The translations under genes were made by a program, and so were the position numbers. From positions 77,219-141,218 of the forward strand of contig CP175956.1 of NCBI GenBank assembly GCA_046116545.1: 64,000 nt of DNA, read 5' to 3'. Shown here in pieces: positions 55,400-64,000 of the stretch. The notes beneath the pieces are model-generated. The model ran no database searches, was not told where the DNA came from, and saw only the letters and a list, made by a program, of their open reading frames with translations. Every line of letters starts with the position of its first letter. Position 1 is the stretch's first letter. This DNA comes from Candidatus Moraniibacteriota bacterium. GTDB lineage: Bacteria; Patescibacteriota; Minisyncoccia; Moranbacterales; GCA-2747515.

Positions 55400-57859
55400 C
55401 TAATCATCCAAGTCATCTACAGTAAAATTCAATGTTTCTCCCCTGTTTATATTTCCTGTTATTAACTTTTTTGCAAGTGCATCTGCTACTGTTTCATCTA
55501 TATAATGAATTAGTGATCTAGCACCAAAAATTGGATCAAATCCTTTTTCTATTATGTTTTGAAGCACTTCATCGTCAAATGTTACTGTTATGTGTTGTTC
55601 CTCATCCATCCTAGCCGCAAATTTATCCAATAACATCTTACCTACACGTACTACATGATCATCTCCCAATGGATGAAATATTACAACATCATCAAAACGA
55701 TTCAGAAATTCAGGCCGAAACTCTCCACTATTTATTACAACATCAATAACTTTCTTTTTCATTTTATCATCTTTAATTCCATTTTCTATCATTTTTTTAA
55801 TAGTGATTGCAGCAGCATTGGATGTTGCAATTATTATCATTGTTGTAAAATTCACTTTTCTACCAAAGGCATCATGCAAAAACCCCTCATCCAAAACCTG
55901 CAAGAAAATATCTAATACTCTAGGATTAGCTTTTTCAACTTCATCCAATAGAAGTAATGCATATGGATTTTCACGTGCTGCTGTTGTAAGAATACCTTGT
56001 TGATTTAATGCTCTTGATCCAATGAGTCTATCTAGTGCACTATCACCTTGGAATTCACTCATATCCAATCTAATAACTTTTTTTCTAGAGCCAAAATATT
56101 GATCAGCTAATACCTTTGCCATCTCAGTTTTACCTACACCAGTCGGACCAAGAAATAGAAAACTTCCTGCTGGCTTATTTGGACTTGCCATACCAGATCT
56201 CATCCGTCTTACAGCAGAAGCAACATTTCTCACAGCATATTCCTGACCTACTATATATTTATGAAAACTATCTTCTAGAGATAATAATTTATCAGATTCT
56301 TCTGCATCAATTTTTCCAACAGGCACTCCGGTTTTCTTTGTTATAAATTCATCTACTGTTTGAGCTACTATAAATCCAGAACCATTTGACTGCCAATTTA
56401 TAAAAACTTCCATTGCCAAATCGATTGCTCGAGATGGGAGTGGCGATGTATTTGTATATTTACTAGAATCTATTAGTATTTGCCTAAGAGCTTGATATGT
56501 AAACGGTGTATGATCTTTTCCATAAAATCTAGAAAATAAAACTCTCATAGCATGTTCATCATCCATTTCTTCAATATCTACAACGTCAAAATGTCTCATC
56601 AAAATTTGATTGTTATTTACATCAGTATAGAAATTCTCTTCTGTTGTTATTGCTATCATTCTAAATGTTTCCAATGATGCGTATTGATCTATTATTGTTG
56701 TAAATGAAAATCCATGACTTTCATTGGTGTTCATGTAATTTTTAAAGTTATCCACAACCAATATTACATTTCCAGCATGTGCCGCCTCATGAAATAAATT
56801 ATTTATAACAAGTTCAGCATCACCACCCTCACTCCTAACTTGTGCCATTATTCCAGAAAAATCACATTTGAGTACACGCATGTATTTCATGAAACTGTTT
56901 TCAAAATATCCATTTCTAATTCTACGTGATAGTTCTTCTACTATCATATGTCTACCTGTACCTGGTTCACCTGTTAAAATAACACTATTTTCACTAGGTC
57001 TGGATAAAACTACATTTATCAAATCCATTTCCCTTTCAAATCCATGAAATGCATCGAAGGCAATATTGCTCGTGTTAAACTTAGTTAAATCTTGTGCGTA
57101 TTTATCTAAATTCACAGTATACCCAAAATGCCAACTCAATCCTATTGGACGTTTTTTCAAAAACTTTTTTGCAGAAAATATTCTAGCATCTTCTTCCCTC
57201 TTTTTTTGTTTATCTATTTCCCATGCTACAATCTTTTCAAATTCTTCTATGGTTATATTCTTTTGAATTAAGAATTTTTTAAATTCTTCAAAGTCCTTCA
57301 AGATTGATGCTGGTATATTTTCTTTACTAACTCCAATTCTTTCATAAACACGATAAAACCACTTCTGATTATTCAATTCCATTATATCCATCTTGTGATA
57401 TGACTTATGTCCACTTATTTTATAAATTCTATATGCAAATAACGTGATCATCACAGATAATACAAAGAAAGCTACTGCTATTTGCCAATAAGTAGTAAAG
57501 AAAAATACAAATGTCACAATCCACAGAGCAGGCAATGTGATGTAAATTGATACAATAATTCCACCAACTACAACTGTTATGCTCCATATCATTATTGCGA
57601 CAGCAATCACACACAACCTAACAACCGCACCTATGATTCTAGAAAATATATTCCATAATATTCTTTCTGAGGATCTCACCAAACTAAACCCTCTCCAATT
57701 TTTTGCACTAACATCTTTGTGCCATGGAGATAATAATGTTCGTAATAATAATACAATTGAAAAATATCTTGGTATAAATAACACAAGCCTTTTCCATATT
57801 CCAAAAAACTCGCTAACGCCATCTGAAATATACCATTTTATAAAACTTTTTTTATTCAT
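55400..57859 (-). CDS. Membrane-anchored ClpA/ClpC-like double AAA+ ATPase lacking a long M-domain. Its D1 P-loop is non-canonical.
   Basis: About 150 aa of N-terminal TM helices. D1 Walker A GEPGTGRHM (Lys->Arg, Thr->His). D2 Walker A GPTGVGKTEMAK with Walker B LLLDEVEKA, sensor FRPEFLNRFDDVV. Confidence 0.65.
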   Translation of the reverse strand: MNKKSFIKWYISDGVSEFFGIWKRLVLFIPRYFSIVLLLRTLLSPWHKDVSAKNWRGFSLVRSSERILWNIFSRIIGAVVRLCVIAVAIMIWSITVVVGGIIVSIYITLPALWIVTFVFFFTTYWQIAVAFFVLSVMITLFAYRIYKISGHKSYHKMDIMELNNQKWFYRVYERIGVSKENIPASILKDFEEFKKFLIQKNITIEEFEKIVAWEIDKQKKREEDARIFSAKKFLKKRPIGLSWHFGYTVNLDKYAQDLTKFNTSNIAFDAFHGFEREMDLINVVLSRPSENSVILTGEPGTGRHMIVEELSRRIRNGYFENSFMKYMRVLKCDFSGIMAQVRSEGGDAELVINNLFHEAAHAGNVILVVDNFKNYMNTNESHGFSFTTIIDQYASLETFRMIAITTEENFYTDVNNNQILMRHFDVVDIEEMDDEHAMRVLFSRFYGKDHTPFTYQALRQILIDSSKYTNTSPLPSRAIDLAMEVFINWQSNGSGFIVAQTVDEFITKKTGVPVGKIDAEESDKLLSLEDSFHKYIVGQEYAVRNVASAVRRMRSGMASPNKPAGSFLFLGPTGVGKTEMAKVLADQYFGSRKKVIRLDMSEFQGDSALDRLIGSRALNQQGILTTAARENPYALLLLDEVEKANPRVLDIFLQVLDEGFLHDAFGRKVNFTTMIIIATSNAAAITIKKMIENGIKDDKMKKKVIDVVINSGEFRPEFLNRFDDVVIFHPLGDDHVVRVGKMLLDKFAARMDEEQHITVTFDDEVLQNIIEKGFDPIFGARSLIHYIDETVADALAKKLITGNINRGETLNFTVDDLDD

Positions 57860-57931
57860 TTATCGCTTATCTGCCACAGTTCCATGAACTAAGGAAGATT
57901 TTTTATTTTATTAATTTTTTTAGAACAATCT

Positions 57932-58957
57932 CTATAATACTATAACTTCAGCATCTCTTTGTGTTTTTATTACTTTTACAATTTTAAATTCTCTAAAAAG
58001 CATAAAAATAAATCTAGTAGTTAAAACTGTAATAAATCTAATTATAGCCGCTAATGAAAATATTATTATAAAAAACACTACAGCAAATATTTCTGATTTA
58101 TATTCTTTCAAAAATACATTTTCATTTACTACACTTTCTATTTGAGCAGATATTATTTCACCCATTACATCTGAAACCATCTCACTCCCATTTATTTCTC
58201 TACCAACTATTTCTGATATGTTTTCACGCATTGCATTTAATGTTGTTTCCTGTGCATCTACTTGAAGCGTCTCTATTTCTATGCCTGTACTCCCAGCTAA
58301 CCTCACAAGCATCTCCCTATCTTCATCCTTAACCCTTGGCCCCTGCGCAACTTCTTCTGACATATTTTCGATCATAAAGTTCAAAAAGTCATCAACCGAC
58401 ATGGTGTTTATTGATACAGCTTCAACTCCACTTTTTTGCAAAATATAATCAACTACCATATTTGAAAGTTCTACATTTTTGCTAGCATCAAATGCCAGTT
58501 CAGCATTATCCTTTATGAAGAAATAATACTGACTAGAAATAACTAGTATAAGTGAAAAAGTCAGATAAGCTATCCCACTCTTTACGATAGTGCCCATATT
58601 TATTTTCAATCCATTGAACAATGTTTCTCTCATTATCCACATCCCCTTAAGTGCCACAAGAATTGCCAACACCACCACTACCATATGAATTATCACTGGC
58701 ATAAAAATTACACTTGGTAAAAATGCGATTATAACTATAGGTATTATCATTTTTTTCTTTGCAACAGTTACTGCGAACACAGATAAAAATGTCAGAAATG
58801 CAACAGCACACATCATCGCAGAAAACCATGGATTCAAAATCGATTCGCCTGCTAATGATCTCGTTATACACAAAAAAAATAATGCTCCTAAAGTTGTGAC
58901 AATAAATGCCATTATTAAATCAAATGTCCTTATTTTATGTTTTTTATTTTCTTCCAT
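57932..58957 (-). CDS. Polytopic membrane protein, hypothetical
   Basis: 341 aa with several TM helices and a central soluble acidic region. Confidence 0.4.
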   Translation of the reverse strand: MEENKKHKIRTFDLIMAFIVTTLGALFFLCITRSLAGESILNPWFSAMMCAVAFLTFLSVFAVTVAKKKMIIPIVIIAFLPSVIFMPVIIHMVVVVLAILVALKGMWIMRETLFNGLKINMGTIVKSGIAYLTFSLILVISSQYYFFIKDNAELAFDASKNVELSNMVVDYILQKSGVEAVSINTMSVDDFLNFMIENMSEEVAQGPRVKDEDREMLVRLAGSTGIEIETLQVDAQETTLNAMRENISEIVGREINGSEMVSDVMGEIISAQIESVVNENVFLKEYKSEIFAVVFFIIIFSLAAIIRFITVLTTRFIFMLFREFKIVKVIKTQRDAEVIVL

Positions 58958-59070
58958 ATTTTATATATTTTTATATTTATTTCATTATATCACATTATAT
59001 TTACAATCACACGTTATTGTGCTAATTTACACTAAACTTCAATATTTACATAAATAAAGGAGGGGCTATA

Positions 59071-59421
59071 ATGGAGTTTTATTTATTTTATGATCGTCCA
59101 CAGCGACTGATTAGTGATGCAAAGATGATTCCAAATGGAATATTTTCAATCTATACAGCATTTAATCCAGAAAGTCTGATTTGTTTTGATGGTTTATTTT
59201 TAACCATCCACGCAACTGATTCATCACCTGCCGTGATACAATGCACACTTCTGGAAGAAACACCTCGTATATTAGATATTGAGTTGGATGAAACCACCTT
59301 ACAAACTTTTGATGAATTGATAGCTAATGAAGACTATCTACCAGCAACATTATCAGAGAAAATATCAAATATAGTAAAGAGTAGTGCGATGGATTTTGGT
59401 TCTCAACTTGTAACAAACTAG
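59071..59421 (+). CDS. Hypothetical protein
   Basis: 116-aa ORF with a strong RBS (aaggagg) 8 nt upstream of the ATG. Confidence 0.4.
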   Translation: MEFYLFYDRPQRLISDAKMIPNGIFSIYTAFNPESLICFDGLFLTIHATDSSPAVIQCTLLEETPRILDIELDETTLQTFDELIANEDYLPATLSEKISNIVKSSAMDFGSQLVTN

Positions 59422-59483
59422 GATATTTATTAAAATTTTATTAATAAATATCAAATCAACCACCTTAACAATAGGACTCTAAG

Positions 59484-59723
59484 ATGGAAAAGAAAGATTT
59501 AAAAATCATCAAAGAAAAACTCGAAACTGAATGGCCTGGAGAATCAGTGTATTTCTTTGATAGCAAGGACAATCCAAATAATGACGGTCACCGGACTATT
59601 GAATTATGGTCTCGACGACATGCAAGTCTTTCATCTGAACTATTTCGCTGTATTATATGTGAGCTTAATCATTCACATTCAACATGTCCAGAATGTGGAA
59701 TGACTGCAACGCAGGATGAGTGA
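59484..59723 (+). CDS. Small protein with a C-terminal Cys4/His zinc-ribbon-like motif
   Basis: CIICELNHSHSTCPECG. Followed by a hairpin terminator. Confidence 0.35.
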   Translation: MEKKDLKIIKEKLETEWPGESVYFFDSKDNPNNDGHRTIELWSRRHASLSSELFRCIICELNHSHSTCPECGMTATQDE

Positions 59724-59768
59724 GATTCCGTTGATTAACCTGGTTATCGTTTTTCCCACCACAAAACA

Positions 59769-59810
59769 AAAGGCACCTCACAAATGTGAAGTGCCTTTTT
59801 CTTTTTGAAT
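59769..59810 (+). terminator. Rho-independent terminator
   Basis: aaaggcacctcacaaatgtgaagtgcc, then tttttcttttt. Confidence 0.6.
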
Positions 59811-59827
59811 TTATACTAATATACTAC

Positions 59828-59947
59828 GTCTTTGCGAGCATTGCCATAACATATGTAATAAGCGAAGCAATCTCGTTTAATTTTTTAATATTCTAATTGA
59901 GATTACTTCGCCTTGTGGTAATAAATATCCCAATTGCTCGCAAAGAC
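59828..59947. repeat. Palindromic element family A, complete unit I + loop + unit II
   Basis: gtctttgcgagcattgccataacatatgtaataagcgaagcaatctc ... gagattacttcgccttgtggtaataaatatcccaattgctcgcaaagac. Confidence 0.8.
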
Positions 59948-59957
59948 ATTGAATTTA

Positions 59958-60320
59958 TTATGCTTTTTTATTCATAACAATTCCTTTGTTAAACCCACCC
60001 CGCTTTTGACGTTTTTCATCTTGTATCCGCAATACATCTTTCTTGTCGATATTCATCACTGCACACATAGCATCAATCACCTCAAGCACATCAGCCATTT
60101 CTTCAACAATGTGTTCTGTATTATTTGCATCCCTAAGCTCACTCGCCTCCTCAACAACTTTTTTCTTCAAATATTCTAAATGTTCATCCTTATCTTTAAC
60201 TAAAAACACATCAGCATCAATACCATCATTATCCTTAATGATTCGAGGAATCTCATCCCGCACAATCTTAGGATATTCATTTTCTTCTGGAATATTTGTT
60301 TGTGTATGTGTATATTTCAT
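59958..60320 (-). CDS. MazG-like nucleoside triphosphate pyrophosphohydrolase
   Basis: EExxE-type motifs KVVEEASELRDA...EEMADVLEVIDAM. Confidence 0.6.
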   Translation of the reverse strand: MKYTHTQTNIPEENEYPKIVRDEIPRIIKDNDGIDADVFLVKDKDEHLEYLKKKVVEEASELRDANNTEHIVEEMADVLEVIDAMCAVMNIDKKDVLRIQDEKRQKRGGFNKGIVMNKKA

Positions 60321-60336
60321 AAAATTATAGAAATAA

Positions 60337-60366
60337 AACCGAGAGATAAATCTCTCGGTTTTATTG
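60337..60366 (-). terminator. Perfect hairpin downstream of dnaK
   Basis: aaaccgagagat-ttat-atctctcggttt. The minus-strand transcript continues ATTTCTATAATTTT. Confidence 0.55.
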
Positions 60367-60375
60367 TTTTAAGAC

Positions 60376-62346
60376 TTATTTCTTGTCTTCGTCTTTTTTA
60401 TCATCCTCTTTTTTCTCTTCATCAGCTTTTTCATCTGATTCATCTTCTTTTTTATCTTCTTCTACTTCAGCTTCTTTTGTTCCGTCAGCATCACACGTTC
60501 CGCCTTCACAACCGTCTTTAGCTGCGTTAGCTTCTTGAGCTGCTTTGTACAATTTTTCTCCAATTGCTTGAGCTGCTGTTGAAAGCTCTTCTGTTGCAGC
60601 TTTTACTTTTTCTGCATCAGCTTTTTCATCTTTCAATACTTCATTCAATGCTTCAACTTTTTCTTCAACAGGTTTCTTTTCTTCATCTGTCAATTTATCT
60701 CCAGCATCTTTAATTGCCTTTTCAGTTGTGAAAACAAGTGTTTCAGCTGCATTTCTGATTTCAACTGCTTCTTTCTTTTTCTTGTCTTCCTCAGCATGTG
60801 CTTCAGCATCTTTTTTCATATTCTCAACTTCTTCGTCTGACAATCCACTTGATCCTTCAATTTTAATTGATTGTTCTTTGCCAGAAGCTTTATCAACTGC
60901 CTTTACACTAAGAATTCCGTTTGCATCAATATCAAATGATACTTCAACTTGTGGAACGCCTCTTGGTGCTGGTGGAATTGAATCTAGGATAAATTTACCT
61001 AATGCCTTATTATCAGCTGCCATTTCACGTTCTCCTTGCAATACATTTATTTCAACACTTGGTTGATTGTCCATTGCAGTAGAAAATGTTTGTGATTTTG
61101 TAGCTGGAATTGTTGTATTTTTCTCAATAAGTGCCGTTCGTACACCACCCATTGTTTCGATTCCAAGTGTAAGAGGTGTTACATCTAATAGAAGAACATC
61201 TTTCACATCGCCTTGGAACACACCACCTTGGATTGCAGCACCCATTGCTACTACCTCATCAGGATTAACTGTCATATTTGGTTTTTTACCAAAGAACTCT
61301 TCAACAGTTTTTTGTACAATTGGCATACGAGTCATACCACCAACTAAGATTACCTCGTCAATATCATCTTTAGAAAATCCAGAATCCTTCAAAGCTTGTT
61401 CTGTAGGGATTAAAGTTTTCTTTACTAAATCATGTACAAGTTCCTCAAGTTTTGCACGAGTCAAAGTCATAACTAAATGTTTCGGACCTTCATCACTTGT
61501 TGTGATAAATGGTTGATTGATTTCACTTTGATCTGCAGTTGAAAGTTCGATCTTTGCTTTTTCAGCTGCTTCTTTTACTCTTTGAAGAGCAAGGTTGTCT
61601 TTTGAAATATCAATTCCTTCTGACTTTTTGAATTCATCAAGTATCCACTTAATAAGAACCTGATCAAAATCATCACCACCTAAATGTGTATCACCATGAG
61701 TTGCTTTTACTTCGATAGTATCATCACTCACTTCCAAGATTGAAACATCAAATGTTCCACCTCCAAGGTCATAAACTGCAATTTGCTCATCATTTTTCTT
61801 ATTAAATCCATAAGCAAGAGCTGCAGCTGTTGGCTCATTGATAACACGACGAACTTTCATTCCAGCAATTTCTCCAGCCTCTTTTGTTGCTTTTCTTTGA
61901 GCATCATCAAAATATGCAGGAACTGTAATTACAGTTTCTTCGATTGTTTCACCAAGCTTTTCTTCTGCATCAGCCTTAAGCTTTCCCAAAATCATAGCAC
62001 TCACTTCTTGTGGAGTATAATCTTTATCTCCCATTTTTACTTTAATGCTACCGTTATCACCTTTGACCAATTCATACGGTGATAATTTGATGTCTTCCTG
62101 CACTTCAGCATCATCAAACTTTTTACCTATAAAACGCTTGATACTGTACAAAGTATTTTCAGGATTTGTTACAGCCTGACGTTTTGCCAAAAGACCTGTA
62201 AGTCTTTCACCGTTTTTGTTTACTGCCACCATTGATGGAGTTGTTCGATTACCTTCTTTGTTTTCTACGATTTCTGGTTGACCACCTTCAACAACAGCCA
62301 TTGCTGAGTTTGTAGTTCCTAGATCGATTCCCAATATTTTTCCCAT
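60376..62346 (-). CDS. dnaK: Molecular chaperone DnaK (Hsp70)
   Basis: [30 protein letters not shown] and [18 protein letters not shown]. 656 aa. Acidic C-terminal tail. Confidence 0.95.
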   Translation of the reverse strand: MGKILGIDLGTTNSAMAVVEGGQPEIVENKEGNRTTPSMVAVNKNGERLTGLLAKRQAVTNPENTLYSIKRFIGKKFDDAEVQEDIKLSPYELVKGDNGSIKVKMGDKDYTPQEVSAMILGKLKADAEEKLGETIEETVITVPAYFDDAQRKATKEAGEIAGMKVRRVINEPTAAALAYGFNKKNDEQIAVYDLGGGTFDVSILEVSDDTIEVKATHGDTHLGGDDFDQVLIKWILDEFKKSEGIDISKDNLALQRVKEAAEKAKIELSTADQSEINQPFITTSDEGPKHLVMTLTRAKLEELVHDLVKKTLIPTEQALKDSGFSKDDIDEVILVGGMTRMPIVQKTVEEFFGKKPNMTVNPDEVVAMGAAIQGGVFQGDVKDVLLLDVTPLTLGIETMGGVRTALIEKNTTIPATKSQTFSTAMDNQPSVEINVLQGEREMAADNKALGKFILDSIPPAPRGVPQVEVSFDIDANGILSVKAVDKASGKEQSIKIEGSSGLSDEEVENMKKDAEAHAEEDKKKKEAVEIRNAAETLVFTTEKAIKDAGDKLTDEEKKPVEEKVEALNEVLKDEKADAEKVKAATEELSTAAQAIGEKLYKAAQEANAAKDGCEGGTCDADGTKEAEVEEDKKEDESDEKADEEKKEDDKKDEDKK

Positions 62347-62372
62347 ATTATTTTATTTAAATTAGTACCATC

Positions 62373-62400
62373 TTGTCATTCCTGCGTAGGCAGGAATCTT
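62373..62400. repeat. Family-D hairpin (gtcattcctgcgtaggcaggaatc) in the grpE-dnaK spacer
   Basis: Read from the sequence. A related tggaatgacaa lies at 62490..62510. Confidence 0.5.
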
Positions 62401-62640
62401 TCTGTAATTTCAAAGATATTTTATAATCTGTTCAAAAGATTCCGGACAATGATATTTTTTGCCAATCACTTTGTTCTTGGAAAAATATACATTTCTGGAA
62501 TGACAATTTATATATGTTACTAACTTGATTGATTAAACTAGTTATAAATTGAATATTTATCATTCTCATGAACATAGAATCCTCGCGATTAAATTCTATA
62601 TTCATTTTGAATGACAATATTCTCAATGTTTGATTATTAA

Positions 62641-63537
62641 TTATTTAAGTACAACACGTGCTGGACGTAAAACTTTTTCTCCTATTTTGTATCCAGGTTG
62701 CGCAACCTTTTCTACTTTAGGATCTTCACTTAATTCTTCTTCATCATCATGCTTCACTGCCTCCATTGTAAGTGGATCAAATTCATCTCCAACCTTGATT
62801 TCAATTCTAGTAACATTATGTTCTTCAAAAACTTTTTCCATTTGTTGTTGTATAAACATTATTCCTGTCACCCATGGATTATCCGATTCACCCTCTGGAA
62901 TATGTCCTGTAGCTGCATGAAAATTATCTAGTACTGGTAACATGTCATTTATTACTCCTTCTGCTGCATATTTTGTAAATTCTTTTTGATTTTCTGTCTG
63001 CCTTTTTTTATAGTTATCAAAATCTGCCATACATCTGTGCCAACTATCAACTGAACTTTGTGATTCTAATTTCTCAACTGCTTTTTGCACAGCATCCTTT
63101 ATCCATGACTTCACATCCTTCATCTCAAGGATTTCTTCTGCGCTTAGCCATTTATATTCTTCATGCTCCTCAGAAAGAATAACAGCACCTGCATATTTCA
63201 CTAGATAAATAGTTGTTATTCCTGTATTTGGATTTTTACTATTAGCCATAAATTCTATACCGCACAATTCTCTTCCTAGATTTTCTAAATTTATTTCAGA
63301 CTCCTCTTTTATTTCTCTATCCATTGATATAGTAAAATCAGTTTCACCAATTTCTACATGTCCACCTGGCAAATCCCATGGCCCATATTTCTTAAACCAT
63401 TCTTTATGTGCCTCAATATCATCCTTTATTTTTGAAGCTTTCATTATTAAAAATTGATTTTTATCTTCATCAAAAAATAATACTTTTTGAGATAATCTAA
63501 ATAATTGCTTTTGATTTGTTATTTTTTCTTGTGTCAT
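62641..63537 (-). CDS. grpE: Nudix hydrolase domain fused to the nucleotide-exchange factor GrpE
   Basis: N-terminal Nudix box GGHVEIGETDFTISMDREIKEESEI (G-x5-E-x7-REUxEExGU). C-terminal GrpE motifs ADFDNYKKRQ, DNF..A...H and KVLRPARVVL. One continuous 298-aa ORF. Confidence 0.75.
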   Translation of the reverse strand: MTQEKITNQKQLFRLSQKVLFFDEDKNQFLIMKASKIKDDIEAHKEWFKKYGPWDLPGGHVEIGETDFTISMDREIKEESEINLENLGRELCGIEFMANSKNPNTGITTIYLVKYAGAVILSEEHEEYKWLSAEEILEMKDVKSWIKDAVQKAVEKLESQSSVDSWHRCMADFDNYKKRQTENQKEFTKYAAEGVINDMLPVLDNFHAATGHIPEGESDNPWVTGIMFIQQQMEKVFEEHNVTRIEIKVGDEFDPLTMEAVKHDDEEELSEDPKVEKVAQPGYKIGEKVLRPARVVLK

Positions 63538-63547
63538 TTATTTTTTA

Positions 63548-64000
63548 TTAAATTATTATGAGTACAATCACTACAATTCCTCCCAATGTTTTTTTCACAA
63601 GATCTATAAGTGATTTATTTTTTTCATATTCCATATTTTTTGGACCGATGAGTGCTACTATTCCCTTTTCTCCATTTTGTTCATATTGACTCACAATCAT
63701 TGAATAATTTTCTGTCTTACTGATAGGATTTTCATCTCCTATAAATATCTTTGTCTCTCCGTCTGATAATTCGGCCATGAGATCATCACATCTTTCATCT
63801 ATATAATCCAAACCTTCAGCTAATGCACAAATTTCATCCATATTGTCTGCATCAACATTTGAAAGTAATGACTTGAGTCCACACTCTGAGAAATCATTAT
63901 TACAAGGAACTCCGCTTATTGCCACATATCCACTTAATGTTGAAAGTAATTTTGCAGTAGTACGAGTCAATCTAGAATTTTGGGCTCTCAGCTGTAATAG
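63548..64000 (-). CDS. hrcA: Heat-inducible transcription repressor HrcA, C-terminal part. The gene continues beyond the window edge.
   Basis: C-terminal motif GIVALIGPKNMEYEKNKSLIDLVKKTL, compare HrcA GVIGPTRMDYERVIPLVD. The reading frame is open through to position 64000. Confidence 0.65.
   Translation of the reverse strand, partial: LLQLRAQNSRLTRTTAKLLSTLSGYVAISGVPCNNDFSECGLKSLLSNVDADNMDEICALAEGLDYIDERCDDLMAELSDGETKIFIGDENPISKTENYSMIVSQYEQNGEKGIVALIGPKNMEYEKNKSLIDLVKKTLGGIVVIVLIII

Noticed and set aside
9274-59947. Could the recurring gagattgcttcg/gaagcaatctc repeats be a CRISPR array?
   Set aside because: The copies are dispersed over 50 kb with irregular spacing. They occur as complementary half-sites forming palindromes, vary in length, and several sit inside genes. 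There is no regular repeat-spacer periodicity and no cas genes.
62347-62640. CIRCE operator (TTAGCACTC-N9-GAGTGCTAA) in the grpE-dnaK spacer
   Set aside because: No match found by inspection. The spacer instead holds family-D hairpins. The HrcA operator is expected upstream of hrcA, which lies outside the window.
1-64000. Alternative genetic code (UGA recoding, as in some Candidate Phyla Radiation lineages)
   Set aside because: Long ORFs terminate at sensible positions with standard stops. Gene boundaries are tight, for example 54130/54133. Conserved C-termini (CysC, DnaK, PBP1A) end where expected under code 11.

Overview
This is a very AT-rich bacterial chromosomal window, with long tightly packed ORFs that fit the standard genetic code. 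Gene content is consistent with a small-genome Candidate Phyla Radiation / Patescibacteria-like lineage; the lineage is a guess, not a determination. Three things make up most of the window.

(1) A large cell-envelope glycan locus spans roughly 0.9–37 kb. It holds four paralogous GT-C fold membrane glycosyltransferases and a DPM1-like GT2 polyprenol-phosphate-sugar synthase. It also holds UDP-glucose 6-dehydrogenase, GT4 and GT2 transferases, methyltransferases, a Wzm/Wzt ABC exporter, and a complete PAPS sulfation module (sulfotransferase, CysQ-like PAP phosphatase, APS kinase CysC, with ATP sulfurylase Sat about 14 kb away).

(2) A set of secreted or surface proteins includes a SpoIID-like protein, an S8 subtilase and a 1342-aa GH114–beta-propeller protein. 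All three carry a shared, near-identical 42-aa tandem triple repeat. A large alpha/beta-hydrolase, a DUF4012 protein and PBP1A are also present.

(3) A housekeeping block holds a membrane-anchored ClpA-like AAA+ protein, MazG, dnaK, a Nudix–GrpE fusion, and hrcA (partial).

The most unusual feature is a population of small palindromic repeat families. Family A occurs in about 13 copies, and at least four are inserted in-frame inside protein-coding genes. Each inserted copy encodes the peptide SLRGGTTKQS or a 28-aa long variant. One copy supplies the stop codon of a GT4 gene. This behaviour is analogous to Rickettsia palindromic elements. A second 28-bp perfect palindrome, and a hairpin family that otherwise sits downstream of genes, also each have one copy embedded in-frame in a CDS. 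A GIY-YIG nuclease gene sits exactly between two family-A copies. I found no CRISPR arrays, tRNAs, rRNAs or integrases.
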